A DNA stretch of 63,896 nucleotides, filler included, from an uncultured Planctomycetaceae bacterium (GTDB lineage Bacteria; Planctomycetota; Planctomycetia; Planctomycetales; Planctomycetaceae), in the NCBI GenBank assembly GCA_963976765.1. It is 3 parts of 3 records of this genome, joined end to end, with 100 filler letters (N's around TTAATTAATTAA, not from the genome) between each part and the next. Parts side by side here need not be neighbours in the genome. Positions count along the whole stretch, not along the records: positions 1 to 29,017 come from CAXBME010000052.1; 2 more parts are not named here. One strand, written 5' to 3'. This document shows, piece after piece, positions 17,341 through 26,700 of the stretch (position 1 is its first letter; each line of letters starts with the position of its first letter). The notes under the pieces are model-generated. The model searched no databases and was not told the origin of the DNA. It saw nothing but the letters and a program-made list of their open reading frames with translations. The position numbers and the translations under genes were made by a program.

Positions 17341-18609
17341 TTAATCATCAACCCAGATTGTGCCTTGTGGAAGACGCTGACGACTCATCCACAATTCTGC
17401 AAGACCTTCAAGACGTTCTGCTTCAAGATGATCTGCTTCACGTCGCCCTGCGTAACGATTCCCACGAGCACGCATCAACCATGCAGTAGTCCGCATAATC
17501 AGGTACTCAGGCTCAACATCGCAGGTAGATGAATCAGCCGTTAAAGCGGTCGGCTTTTTGTAGCCTTCCATCTTGAGAAGAGAATAACGTGTCTGGTTGT
17601 AAGCAGTCCCGTTTAGAACCAACTCTCGACGGTCTTTGTCACGCGTGTAGTTCGCTCGGCTCACTCGACTCCATATAGAAGAGTCTTCAACGAAAGCCCG
17701 AACCTCATCCAGCCATACCGTAGCGGCCCCGATATCTGACGTGTGTATCAATCCAACAGAAATGATCGCTGTGTCGCTGTGCGGGTTTGCTAGAGCCACC
17801 TGATGCCGTGTCCACGTACCAGCGGAGGTCGCAGGTATGGCAAGTTCTTCTGTTGTAGCTGCGGCAGAGGCCGAAGCCGAAAGGCGAAGACGCAACTGTC
17901 CCGCAGTTAGCGCAACAGTGGATTTGATCCAGAACTCCACCGTGTCGTACCCGGACAGATCGAGCGAAGAAATGTTGTCGGAAGCAATGATGTCCGTTGC
18001 TCCCAGTCCAGCAGCAAGCACAAACTTATTTGCGCTATTCCCACTGGCGTAGTCTTCCCCGTCGGCACTGGCCGTTACGTCAGTGTCTACCAACTCGTCG
18101 AAGACCGTGTTGCAGTTATGAATCGACGTCCACGTATACGAAGAGCGATAGTTCAAATGCTGCAAGCCTACAAACGCCGTTGGGAACTCGTAGTTCCTGC
18201 GATCCCTGTAGGTGTGCAAACTGATGTCTGTAGACGGAGGCGCACCCTTCCGAGTGATCGTCCGTACAGCCCGGTCAATCATGTCGTGGACACGCGCTGG
18301 AGGCATGTCCTCGTCCCAGGACTCGTAAGTATCTCCGTCCGCTGTTGAAGCGGCTAGGACATCTCCCCGAGTAGTAAACGTGGTTGAAGAACCGACGTAT
18401 GAAGTCTGAATCCGAATCGACCCGTCGTTTGTCCCAGACGTAAAGACGATGTGATTACCGTTCTCGTGGTCGTCGGCGTTAGGCATTTCCGCATCTACGC
18501 CGGTCGAGGTCGAGCCAGAACCAGTCATAGTCCCGACACGTATTGCACCGAGATTGTGACCTATAGATTTGCGAAGTTCTTCGCGAGTCTGCCCGACGAT
18601 TACAGCCAT
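17341..18609 (-). CDS. Head-tail adaptor-like protein with inserted CBM-like beta-sandwich
   Basis: TREELRK.IG N-terminus, helical C-terminus; internal DLSGYDTVEFWIKS...WTRHQVAL...VWLDEVR. Confidence 0.6.
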   Translation of the reverse strand: MAVIVGQTREELRKSIGHNLGAIRVGTMTGSGSTSTGVDAEMPNADDHENGNHIVFTSGTNDGSIRIQTSYVGSSTTFTTRGDVLAASTADGDTYESWDEDMPPARVHDMIDRAVRTITRKGAPPSTDISLHTYRDRRNYEFPTAFVGLQHLNYRSSYTWTSIHNCNTVFDELVDTDVTASADGEDYASGNSANKFVLAAGLGATDIIASDNISSLDLSGYDTVEFWIKSTVALTAGQLRLRLSASASAAATTEELAIPATSAGTWTRHQVALANPHSDTAIISVGLIHTSDIGAATVWLDEVRAFVEDSSIWSRVSRANYTRDKDRRELVLNGTAYNQTRYSLLKMEGYKKPTALTADSSTCDVEPEYLIMRTTAWLMRARGNRYAGRREADHLEAERLEGLAELWMSRQRLPQGTIWVDD

Positions 18610-18612
18610 GAC

Positions 18613-19458
18613 TTAAACAGTTACTTCCATTTCGGGATGTGCCGAGGACATGTGCAAGCGAGTGTTCCGATTCTTCTGCTTAACAGTCCTACCCTTCATG
18701 GGCTTCTCACAGAATAAGCACTCCGAAAGGATTTCCTCAACCTTGACACGCTCCGGCTCAACCTTGACAGGCTCCGGCTCAACCTCTGCTTCGATAACAA
18801 AAGTTTCGGGAACTACTTCTTCCTCTTCCTCAACTGGGGCAGCAACCTCGATTGGAGGTGCAGCCTCATTAACTGCGGCCACCGGAACTAACAGGTCTTC
18901 GGTAGGCGTGTTGGCGCGAATAAGAGCCTGTCGAACAAGTCGCTCTTCCTCGTCAACCTTCTGCTGTTCAATGTCCTGAAGTTGCGCCCACTCGTTCTTG
19001 TGACGGTGCTGCATGTGCAACCGCATCTGGAACTCACTGGCGAGATTGCCCGACTTGCAAACCGGAAGACCCATACGGTCATACGCAGAACGGTCTTCAG
19101 AATCTGGATGGAGCATACAAAGCGTACTGCCACGCCACGGCTCGATTGCTGGCTTAACAGTCGTAAAGCAACGAACACCATCGTCGTTTACCTTGAGAAG
19201 TTGAGCGGCAAGCATGTTCCGGTTGACCTTACTCGGCTCACCCGTGAACTTGTCCCAGACAGTGACCCAGCCAGCAGACTCCATCTCTTCTATCGTGATT
19301 CCCCACGGAGTCTCTTTGCTTGGCATCTGAACCAAGCCGTCTCCCATGCCCGGAGAGATCGCATCCTGGGCAAGCAAGGCAAGTTCCTCTGGACGCATTT
19401 CTTCTTCGCTGTCTAGGACTTGGTTGCTAAGTTCTGCGAGTTCTTTCATCGAGGGCAT
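18613..19458 (-). CDS. Acidic protein with two C2H2-like zinc-finger motifs
   Basis: ...C...MRLHMQHRH and CLFC...RLHMSSAH. Confidence 0.7.
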   Translation of the reverse strand: MPSMKELAELSNQVLDSEEEMRPEELALLAQDAISPGMGDGLVQMPSKETPWGITIEEMESAGWVTVWDKFTGEPSKVNRNMLAAQLLKVNDDGVRCFTTVKPAIEPWRGSTLCMLHPDSEDRSAYDRMGLPVCKSGNLASEFQMRLHMQHRHKNEWAQLQDIEQQKVDEEERLVRQALIRANTPTEDLLVPVAAVNEAAPPIEVAAPVEEEEEVVPETFVIEAEVEPEPVKVEPERVKVEEILSECLFCEKPMKGRTVKQKNRNTRLHMSSAHPEMEVTV

Positions 19459-19884
19459 CTATCGTTTGTCCTTCGCTAGTGAACCAGTGGTCTTTCGTCC
19501 GACAAGATTTCGTTGCTGCTTGTCTTTTTCGTCTTCGTAAGATGTCAAATAATCTTGCGCTGACATCGCCGGGATTTCGTCCCAGTCAAATTTCTTGCCC
19601 CGCAAGTTGTCTGCGTAATCTAAAAGAGACGCTACAGTCTCCCAGACATGCCCACGCCCTCGCTCGTCTACTGTACCGCCGATGATGTTCAACTGCTTTG
19701 TTATTCCAAAGGCAGATGCTGGCCCCATATCAGTCCGATGCTCGACAAGCCGGTCGTTACGAACAACCTTGACGATCTGATACCGACGTGGAGGACCGAA
19801 GTCGGGAGAAGGCAAATTTAACTCCTCAAGACTCCAGGCAGGTTCGTCCTTGCGGATAGAGAAGGTTCCGACTAATAGCGTCAC
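19459..19884 (-). CDS. Phage hypothetical protein
   Basis: 141-aa coupled ORF. Confidence 0.7.
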   Translation of the reverse strand: MTLLVGTFSIRKDEPAWSLEELNLPSPDFGPPRRYQIVKVVRNDRLVEHRTDMGPASAFGITKQLNIIGGTVDERGRGHVWETVASLLDYADNLRGKKFDWDEIPAMSAQDYLTSYEDEKDKQQRNLVGRKTTGSLAKDKR

Positions 19885-20483
19885 GCAACAGGTTCCTGTT
19901 CTGCCTGCTCAAAATCGGTGACGCTAAACCCGCCATCACGAAGTTCGATCTGGTCAAGAGTAACCGTCTCGTTTTTGAGCATGTGGATCACGGATACCGT
20001 GGCATCAAGCTGAGACTGCAACTCGTTAAGTTCTATTAACTGCCTGCCGATGATCTCTTCTGCGCTCATAGGTCGCCTTTGCTCTGGAGGTTTTGAAGGT
20101 CGTTCAATACCTTTTGGGGGTTCTTCGCCTTCAAACCTTACCCTTGTTTCGTCAAGAGATAATCCTGTGAGGATAGCAACTTGCCTGTGCCAGAGATGGC
20201 GAGGCATGTCATCTTCCCCATTCCAGTCTAATGGGCCGTCTACCCAGGTATCAGTGTTCGCATCCCAGAAGGCTGGAATCTCTTGCACGAACTCAGGATA
20301 GTCCTCGAACATCTTTTGTTCCATGCAACAGACTCGTACACGGAGAGTTCTACCAAGATACGGATTTGACCAATCACCAATCCTTTGGAAAACACAATCA
20401 CAAAGATCATCCCCGTGAGTCCAGACTATTTCTGGAATCTCACGAGAATGAAGATTTTGGCCTAGTGGAAAACTACGTTCCAA
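19881..20483 (-). CDS. Phage hypothetical protein
   Basis: 200-aa ORF, HxDDxCDC and CC motifs, coiled-coil C-terminus. Confidence 0.7.
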   Translation of the reverse strand: MERSFPLGQNLHSREIPEIVWTHGDDLCDCVFQRIGDWSNPYLGRTLRVRVCCMEQKMFEDYPEFVQEIPAFWDANTDTWVDGPLDWNGEDDMPRHLWHRQVAILTGLSLDETRVRFEGEEPPKGIERPSKPPEQRRPMSAEEIIGRQLIELNELQSQLDATVSVIHMLKNETVTLDQIELRDGGFSVTDFEQAEQEPVA

Positions 20484-20498
20484 ACTACAGCCTCTTTG

Positions 20499-20837
20499 TT
20501 AGCCCACGCTACTGACTGTGCCATCAGCAATGATTTTTCTCAGCACAGTGTCATTAGCCATCAAAGCACTAGAAGTAACGATGGCCCCAGCAGCCTGTGT
20601 CCCAGTTTTGAACACAATCGCTGAAGTCGGCTCAGTTGATGCAAAAGCCGTTTCTGCACCCATGTAAAGGTTCTGGGCAACTACGTGAGCATCGCCGGTC
20701 GTGACCGTAAGGTCGCCGGTTGCAGCAGTTAAACCGCTTGCATTTATGTTACCGACACGCGTGCCTCGGTAATAAAAGTCGAGCCTGGAGTTAGCGGAAT
20801 CGTACCGCCACCCACTATGAATCGAAGATACTGCCAT
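20499..20837 (-). CDS. Small virion protein (head fibre/decoration-like)
   Basis: T/G/A-rich, AGGAG RBS, located after capsid genes. Confidence 0.6.
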   Translation of the reverse strand: MAVSSIHSGWRYDSANSRLDFYYRGTRVGNINASGLTAATGDLTVTTGDAHVVAQNLYMGAETAFASTEPTSAIVFKTGTQAAGAIVTSSALMANDTVLRKIIADGTVSSVG

Positions 20838-20888
20838 TTTGTTCTCCTAGATGCGAAAAGGTTCGCACCTGAATCTAGGTTAGTTGTT

Positions 20889-20912
20889 GCCCCCGCCCCG
20901 AAGGGCGAGGGC
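20889..20912 (-). terminator. GC-rich hairpin with cUUCGg tetraloop (no U-tract)
   Basis: GCCCUCGCCC-UUCG-GGGCGGGGGC, fully paired only on the - strand (one G-U); follows the 248-aa gene. Confidence 0.55.
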
Positions 20913-20927
20913 GGTTTCACCTATCGG

Positions 20928-21674
20928 CTAGGCGTTCCAGTCACGGTTTGACTTGACGAGAATGTAATCTACGTCAAGAGTCTCGATAGCCGCTCCCTTT
21001 GCTTCAACACCTACACAAAGTGCAAGGTTTACAGAGGTAGAAGCAGCACCTTCAACGGTCTTCTTCAAGTCACCGTCGATGTACCAACGAGTGTCCCCGT
21101 TAGAGTCGATCTCAAGTTTAAGAACTTGCCACTCACCAGCCACAGCGTCATCGTCTAGGTCCAATGACCCGGAGGCTGTAACAGCACTGGCAGTTCCACC
21201 GTTGTAAACAGCGTGCCAATCTTCGTCATCACTAAGTTCTGCTGACAGGAAAAACCCAACGAAGTCTGAAGCTGTATTCGTTATCGTTGCAGTAGCACCC
21301 GTGAGGATGTCTGTTTCGATTGAAAGCGTCTCAGGCGGAATGTCTGAAAAGCCAATGAATACTTCTTTAGTGTCGATGTTTTCCATTTGGACACGAGTTT
21401 CAAGAACAATCGTCCCACTAAGGCCAACATCAAATGCTGCCTGAGTGCCAACCAATGTCGTGTGGTTATCTTCATTGGTTGTGGTAATCCGACCAGCACC
21501 AGAAAGAACCCCAGCAATAGTTGGAACACCAGCATCCGTTTCAGCAGAACCTTGTCCACCGACACAGAAAGGGCCAAGTGATCGAAGCTCCGCCGTGTTA
21601 GCGACTGAATCTTCGCCGTAGAAGTCGTAGAAAAGTCGGATGCGACCCGGCTCTCCTTGAGCGTTTATAGCCAT
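20928..21674 (-). CDS. Beta-sandwich (LamG/ConA-like) capsid-associated protein
   Basis: GEWQVLKLEID..G..RWYIDG; directly after the major capsid gene. Confidence 0.6.
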   Translation of the reverse strand: MAINAQGEPGRIRLFYDFYGEDSVANTAELRSLGPFCVGGQGSAETDAGVPTIAGVLSGAGRITTTNEDNHTTLVGTQAAFDVGLSGTIVLETRVQMENIDTKEVFIGFSDIPPETLSIETDILTGATATITNTASDFVGFFLSAELSDDEDWHAVYNGGTASAVTASGSLDLDDDAVAGEWQVLKLEIDSNGDTRWYIDGDLKKTVEGAASTSVNLALCVGVEAKGAAIETLDVDYILVKSNRDWNA

Positions 21675-21758
21675 TTTCTATTACCTCGTCCCCTTACCGA
21701 TAAGGCGGGTTTGGGACTAATTGTTTAGAGACTCTAATTGAGCCTCTAACTAGCATCG

Positions 21759-22643
21759 TTAGCTAGTCGGAGTAGTTGCGTCACTCTGAATCTCGAAGAG
21801 CCAGTTGCCCGAAGATCGCTCGGCGTACGCGTACTCGTCGCGGTGAAGCATGTTAGTGCCACCACCACCGATGAACTCGTCACGAACCATCTTCACAAAC
21901 GGCGCACGAGCCTGACACAGAACGATGGCTCCACCGGGACCGGAGGCGAAAACGCCACCCTTTGCGTCCGGGGTCGAGTCAAGCGGAATGTTGTCGTCCT
22001 GGAAGAACGCTGCGTCTGCAATCGGAAGCATGTAGCCTCTGCCGTAAACTTCAGCGGTCGAACCAGCAGGAATCGGGTACGTCCCTACTCCTGAAATCAA
22101 CTCGTCGTACAGGTCTTTCGCCTGAAAGCCGTGGAGCACGAAAGAAACCGGGCCATCCCACGTCTCGGTAGCGTTGCTGCGGATGCGAAATACACCTGCG
22201 GCCACATGCCCGGACGTAAGGGTCGTGCCAGTTCCGCAAAGGGACGTGGTAGCACCGTCAAGAACGGTGATGCCGTCAATGTCCTTCTTGCGCTCAATAG
22301 CGTTCTGAGCAAGCGCACCCGTCTTCGCAATCACGTTCTTCGAGACGTTGCGAGCCGCACGGTCCGTAAGGAACGTGTGAACCGAAATCATTTCGGGCGT
22401 GATTGAAAACGGAGTGTCTGCGAGAACCTGGGGATTGTCTTCCTCAGTGGTCTCGGTGATTGCTGATGCAGTCAACTGCGCCAGCGAGATTTCTTTCCAC
22501 GTATTGCCAACTCCCGTACCGAGTTTTACCCGGTCGGCCAGTTGTGCTATCACGCCCTTTGTCTCTCGAATGATTCGGGCCTGATTCACAATATCTGGAA
22601 GAGAGTCGGCAAGAGAGGATGTATATGTCGTCCCTGTTGCCAT
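21759..22643 (-). CDS. Major capsid protein (HK97-like)
   Basis: 294 aa directly after scaffold; A.AITE, SITP, LTD, AIERKKD pattern. Confidence 0.8.
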   Translation of the reverse strand: MATGTTYTSSLADSLPDIVNQARIIRETKGVIAQLADRVKLGTGVGNTWKEISLAQLTASAITETTEEDNPQVLADTPFSITPEMISVHTFLTDRAARNVSKNVIAKTGALAQNAIERKKDIDGITVLDGATTSLCGTGTTLTSGHVAAGVFRIRSNATETWDGPVSFVLHGFQAKDLYDELISGVGTYPIPAGSTAEVYGRGYMLPIADAAFFQDDNIPLDSTPDAKGGVFASGPGGAIVLCQARAPFVKMVRDEFIGGGGTNMLHRDEYAYAERSSGNWLFEIQSDATTPTS

Positions 22644-22673
22644 ATCGTTCTCCGGTTAAGAGCCTATCCCCAG

Positions 22674-23684
22674 CTACATGTTTCCACGTTTTTGCTGGAT
22701 TGCGATGGCTCGTGCTGTGTCGTCGCTTCGTCCTGCGGCGTAATCCGCCATGAACTGTGCATCTGACTGAGAACCCGATTGGCTCCCCCCGGAATCCAGT
22801 TGGTTTTCTGGACCGCCTGCGGGAACAACCGACTTCTTAGCTTCAGCCGATGCTGTCTCTGCCCTAGATGACGCAACCTTCCCCGCCTCGGCAGCAATCT
22901 CCGCAATAGCTTCTCCGAGGTAACTGAACTCTGGAGACAAGGCGTTATTAGCGTCCTGAAACTCCGAAATCCTCGTCACCCCGAAAGCGGCTACCTTGTT
23001 GAGAGCAGTCTCGATTGGCTCGGAAAGGTTGTGCTTTTCGGTAAGGTCTTTTGTGAAAGCCGTCAACATCCCCATCGCAGCATTTTGATTCTGTTGAACC
23101 ACCTGCTGTTGCTGGGCTGTCTGTGCTTCGTTCAACTGTTCGGCTTGCGCTTCGCTCCGCAATCTTCCCGCAAGATTGTCGCCTGCTTCTGCGACCCGCT
23201 GGGCATACATATCTGGCGTAAGCCCTTGTTGGTCGTAGAACGTCGCGAGGTCTCTGCGGTGCGCCTCAACCTGCGTTTCTATCACCTGCTGAGATGCTGC
23301 TTCTGCGGCCTGGGCTGCTACTTGTCTTGCTTCAGCCTGCGCCGCTGCGATCTGCCTGTCCGCTGATGCCTGAAGATTACGGAACTCTTCGGTATCTCTT
23401 ATGTTTACCGGAGATGCAACTTCTTCAGCAGGCTCTTCAGCAGCAGGCTCGCTTGCCGTTTCTTCCGGTTCATCAGTAGCTTCGGGTTCCGACGCGACCG
23501 CTACAGGCTGATCCTCTTCCGGTGACTCTGCGGGGGTTTCCTCGTCGAGAATGTCGTCGGGGCCAAGTTGATAAACCTGGGCCTCGCTTACATCGCTCGC
23601 AACAAAAGATTCCTCGGCAGCTTCTACTGAAGGAGAATCAACAACTGCCTCAGTTGTCGAAACCGTATCTGCTGGTGTAACCAA
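22674..23684 (-). CDS. Capsid scaffolding protein
   Basis: E/P/A-rich disordered N-terminus, coiled coil, upstream of MCP; TTG start with AGGAG. Confidence 0.75.
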   Translation of the reverse strand: MVTPADTVSTTEAVVDSPSVEAAEESFVASDVSEAQVYQLGPDDILDEETPAESPEEDQPVAVASEPEATDEPEETASEPAAEEPAEEVASPVNIRDTEEFRNLQASADRQIAAAQAEARQVAAQAAEAASQQVIETQVEAHRRDLATFYDQQGLTPDMYAQRVAEAGDNLAGRLRSEAQAEQLNEAQTAQQQQVVQQNQNAAMGMLTAFTKDLTEKHNLSEPIETALNKVAAFGVTRISEFQDANNALSPEFSYLGEAIAEIAAEAGKVASSRAETASAEAKKSVVPAGGPENQLDSGGSQSGSQSDAQFMADYAAGRSDDTARAIAIQQKRGNM

Positions 23685-23746
23685 ATGAAGACTCCTAACT
23701 ACGCCATAGTGTAGCGCATTGATGGTAAATCACTATATATAGAGGT

Positions 23747-26700
23747 TTAGCGGAAAGTTCTATTCCAGTTTTGCCGTCTTGTTTCTTCAAGAACCCGGTC
23801 AATACTTATTCCTGCTTCTTCATCTCTTCGTTCTTGCTCATCAAGAATTTTTTGTCGATCTTCTTTTGGTAGTGAAAAATCATTTAACGCTTCAATTAGT
23901 TCGTCGTTATTCATAGATCGCAAATTTATTCCAAGTGCTTGAATCCCAAGACCTCTAAGTCCTAGACGACTTTCGCCTCTGGGAATAACAACATCTGCAC
24001 CAGGCACGAACTCGCGAGCAACCTCTTCAGCAGCCGGGCCTGCCCCGAATGGACTGAACATATCAAGTAGCAAAGCTGTAGTACGAGAAATTACACCACC
24101 TGGGCCAACATCATTTATTGGCCGTTCAAAAAAGTCTTCGCCTGACCACTGATTAACCGCTGCTCTTACAGGAATACTGAAACGTGATCCTACGAACCCT
24201 TTTGGATCAAGAACTCTGAAAGCCGTGTCCATTTGTCCAACGATATCAAGCGTCACAGGAAGTCCTCCACGAGCGATTCCTGGGACAGTTGGAGCAGCAA
24301 AACGTGTGTTGTAGCCAATCGGCAGAGGACCGTAACCCCCTTTTGATACCGGCGAGTATCTCTCACGAGGTAATATTTTCCCGGTACTTGCTGTATGAAT
24401 AATATTCGCAACAACCATTAAAAAAATGTACCCGCCAAGCCAGTTAGCAGCCCAGTATTTTCGACCTGGCCCTTTAATGGTATTGGTTGCTTGACGTAAC
24501 AATCCTTCAAGTTCGGCCACCGAAAACAGCCCTCTTTTGGTCGTTTCTCGAATAAACCGGTTTTGCAAAGCACTTTGGCTGGCCGGGATTGTCGAATACT
24601 TAATGTTTGCTGCTTTGGCTATGCGCGCTGAGAGTTGAGCGTCTGTCAACTCATCCCCATAGAGACGGGCCATTTGTGGAGCAATGTTATTTTCCACGTC
24701 TGCTTTTACCGCAGCAGGATAAACACCTTGAAACAGCCCCGCTCGCATTGCTCGTTCAACACCGGCGATTGCTCTTCCCGCACGTCGGGGATCAACAATA
24801 GAGCGATCTTGCGCTGCTTCACGAAGAATCACATCCATATCTTCGGGGAAGATCGTAACGTCCCTAACGCTTAATCCCTCATCACTAATCGACTTTAGAG
24901 ATACGTTACGTCCTTCAATCAGTGGTTTCGTACTATCGAAAGCCTCCATGATTGTTCGTCGGCGGGTAGCACTTACATTTGCAGCAAGAATTTCAGCAGC
25001 GATTTGCGGATACTTGATGATTGCTTGTGCTGCCTTAATAGGTTTACCCCTGGCAAGAAGATCGACTGCATTACCAAACGACCCAAATCCTGCTCGGGTC
25101 AAAAAGTCTAATTGCTGAAAGAAAGTTCCAAACAGACCGATGCGCTTTGGAATGAATACTAGCCAGTCGATTACTTTTAGAATGTCTGTTTCAAATGCTT
25201 TATTTCGTGTTCTTGTTCCTACTTTCCATGAAAGTGTCCCCAAGCTAGGCTTTTTGCCATACATGGTCTCTAGCAGGTTTGCCACATCATTGCGGACTAT
25301 CCATCGGCGTGCTTTTAATTCAGTAAGCATTGTGCCTTGTACTGCTGATCCGCCACCTGATACGTCTTTAACCTGCGCTGAGACTGGAGTAAGGGCAAAT
25401 GGTTTCCCTTCAAAGGCGGGTCCGATTTCAGGTACTCGGAACCCGGTTTCGTTTGTACTGTCCAGCTTTGGCCGAATAATATCGTCGTCAAGCTCTTTTA
25501 ATGCTTCCACCAGTTCCATTTGCTGACGATACTTGACCCCTTGCATACGAGCCAAACGTGCCTGCTCATACGGATTCCAAAACAACGGTTCAAATCCTGC
25601 ATTACGCATTTCGCGGTATGAAGCGTCAACTCGTGGAAGCGTGAAATCTGGAGGGGTTACAAGTTTTCCGGTTGCATCTTTTTTTGCATTGACGACCATT
25701 TCAGGAGGCTTCCATCCTCGATAGAAGTAGTCATCAACAGTCGCCATTTCTGGGTCGAAATCAATACGTGCTGCTTGCTCAAAATCTGTATCAGCACGCA
25801 AGTCGTCATATATTTTGCGTAAAGCAGGCTCTACTGTTAATTCTCCAGAACGTACACGGCTTGGTTCGTTCAATGCTTCAAGCAAATTGTCAAAGCGATC
25901 AATGTCGGTTTGATTACGAGGTACAACAGTTCCTCGACTTTTCCCACCGAGATTCGCAGCAAGAAGCTCGTCGTTACCTTCATTGACAACAATTCGGGCT
26001 TGCCGTTCTGCGTTAGCGATTGCTGCTTCGTGTTGTATTAACAGTCTTTGATCGAATCGTTCTTCTTCGAGGCGTGACTTTCTGGCACGTTTAAGTATCT
26101 CGGAAGGGTCCGCTTCAGGCGGTTGTTTAGACCCTCTTTTGGGAGGTGGTGGCGGAGGTGGTCCGCCGTCTGGCGCAGCAGTTTCTCGTGATGCGTATTC
26201 AGCAACTTCTTCAGGAACAGACCCAGGGTTTTGACGATTTGCTTCTTGCGCTTCATTTATAAGTTCACGTCGTGCTACGGGAGATCGTTTTGCAGCTTTC
26301 ATACGATCAAGCCCTGCTTGATCCGCTACTGCTGGCCCTAGCCAGTCAGCCTCACCGGGAGCAGCAGGTTTCAGCGCAGCACGCACAGGCGGCGTGGCGG
26401 GGGTAGCGGCGGCTGGGAGTCGGCTTCCGGGGAAGTTGGCTGGGTCGAATACGTTGGGCAATCGCTCAGAACTACCGAAGTAGCGAACGTCTACCGGCAC
26501 ACGCTCAAGGCCGACTTCAGCAGCAGCAGCGATGCGCTGATTCCCTTCATATACCAATGCTCGACCATCTGGCTCAATCACGATCAGCGGTCGTTGTGCA
26601 GGGTCGAATCCCCTTTCTCGTATTGATGCGACTATGCGCGCACGGCTTTCGAGAGCGTAGGCGAGGTCCGCCCCTTGCCACGCTTCCTCACCACGCGCTC

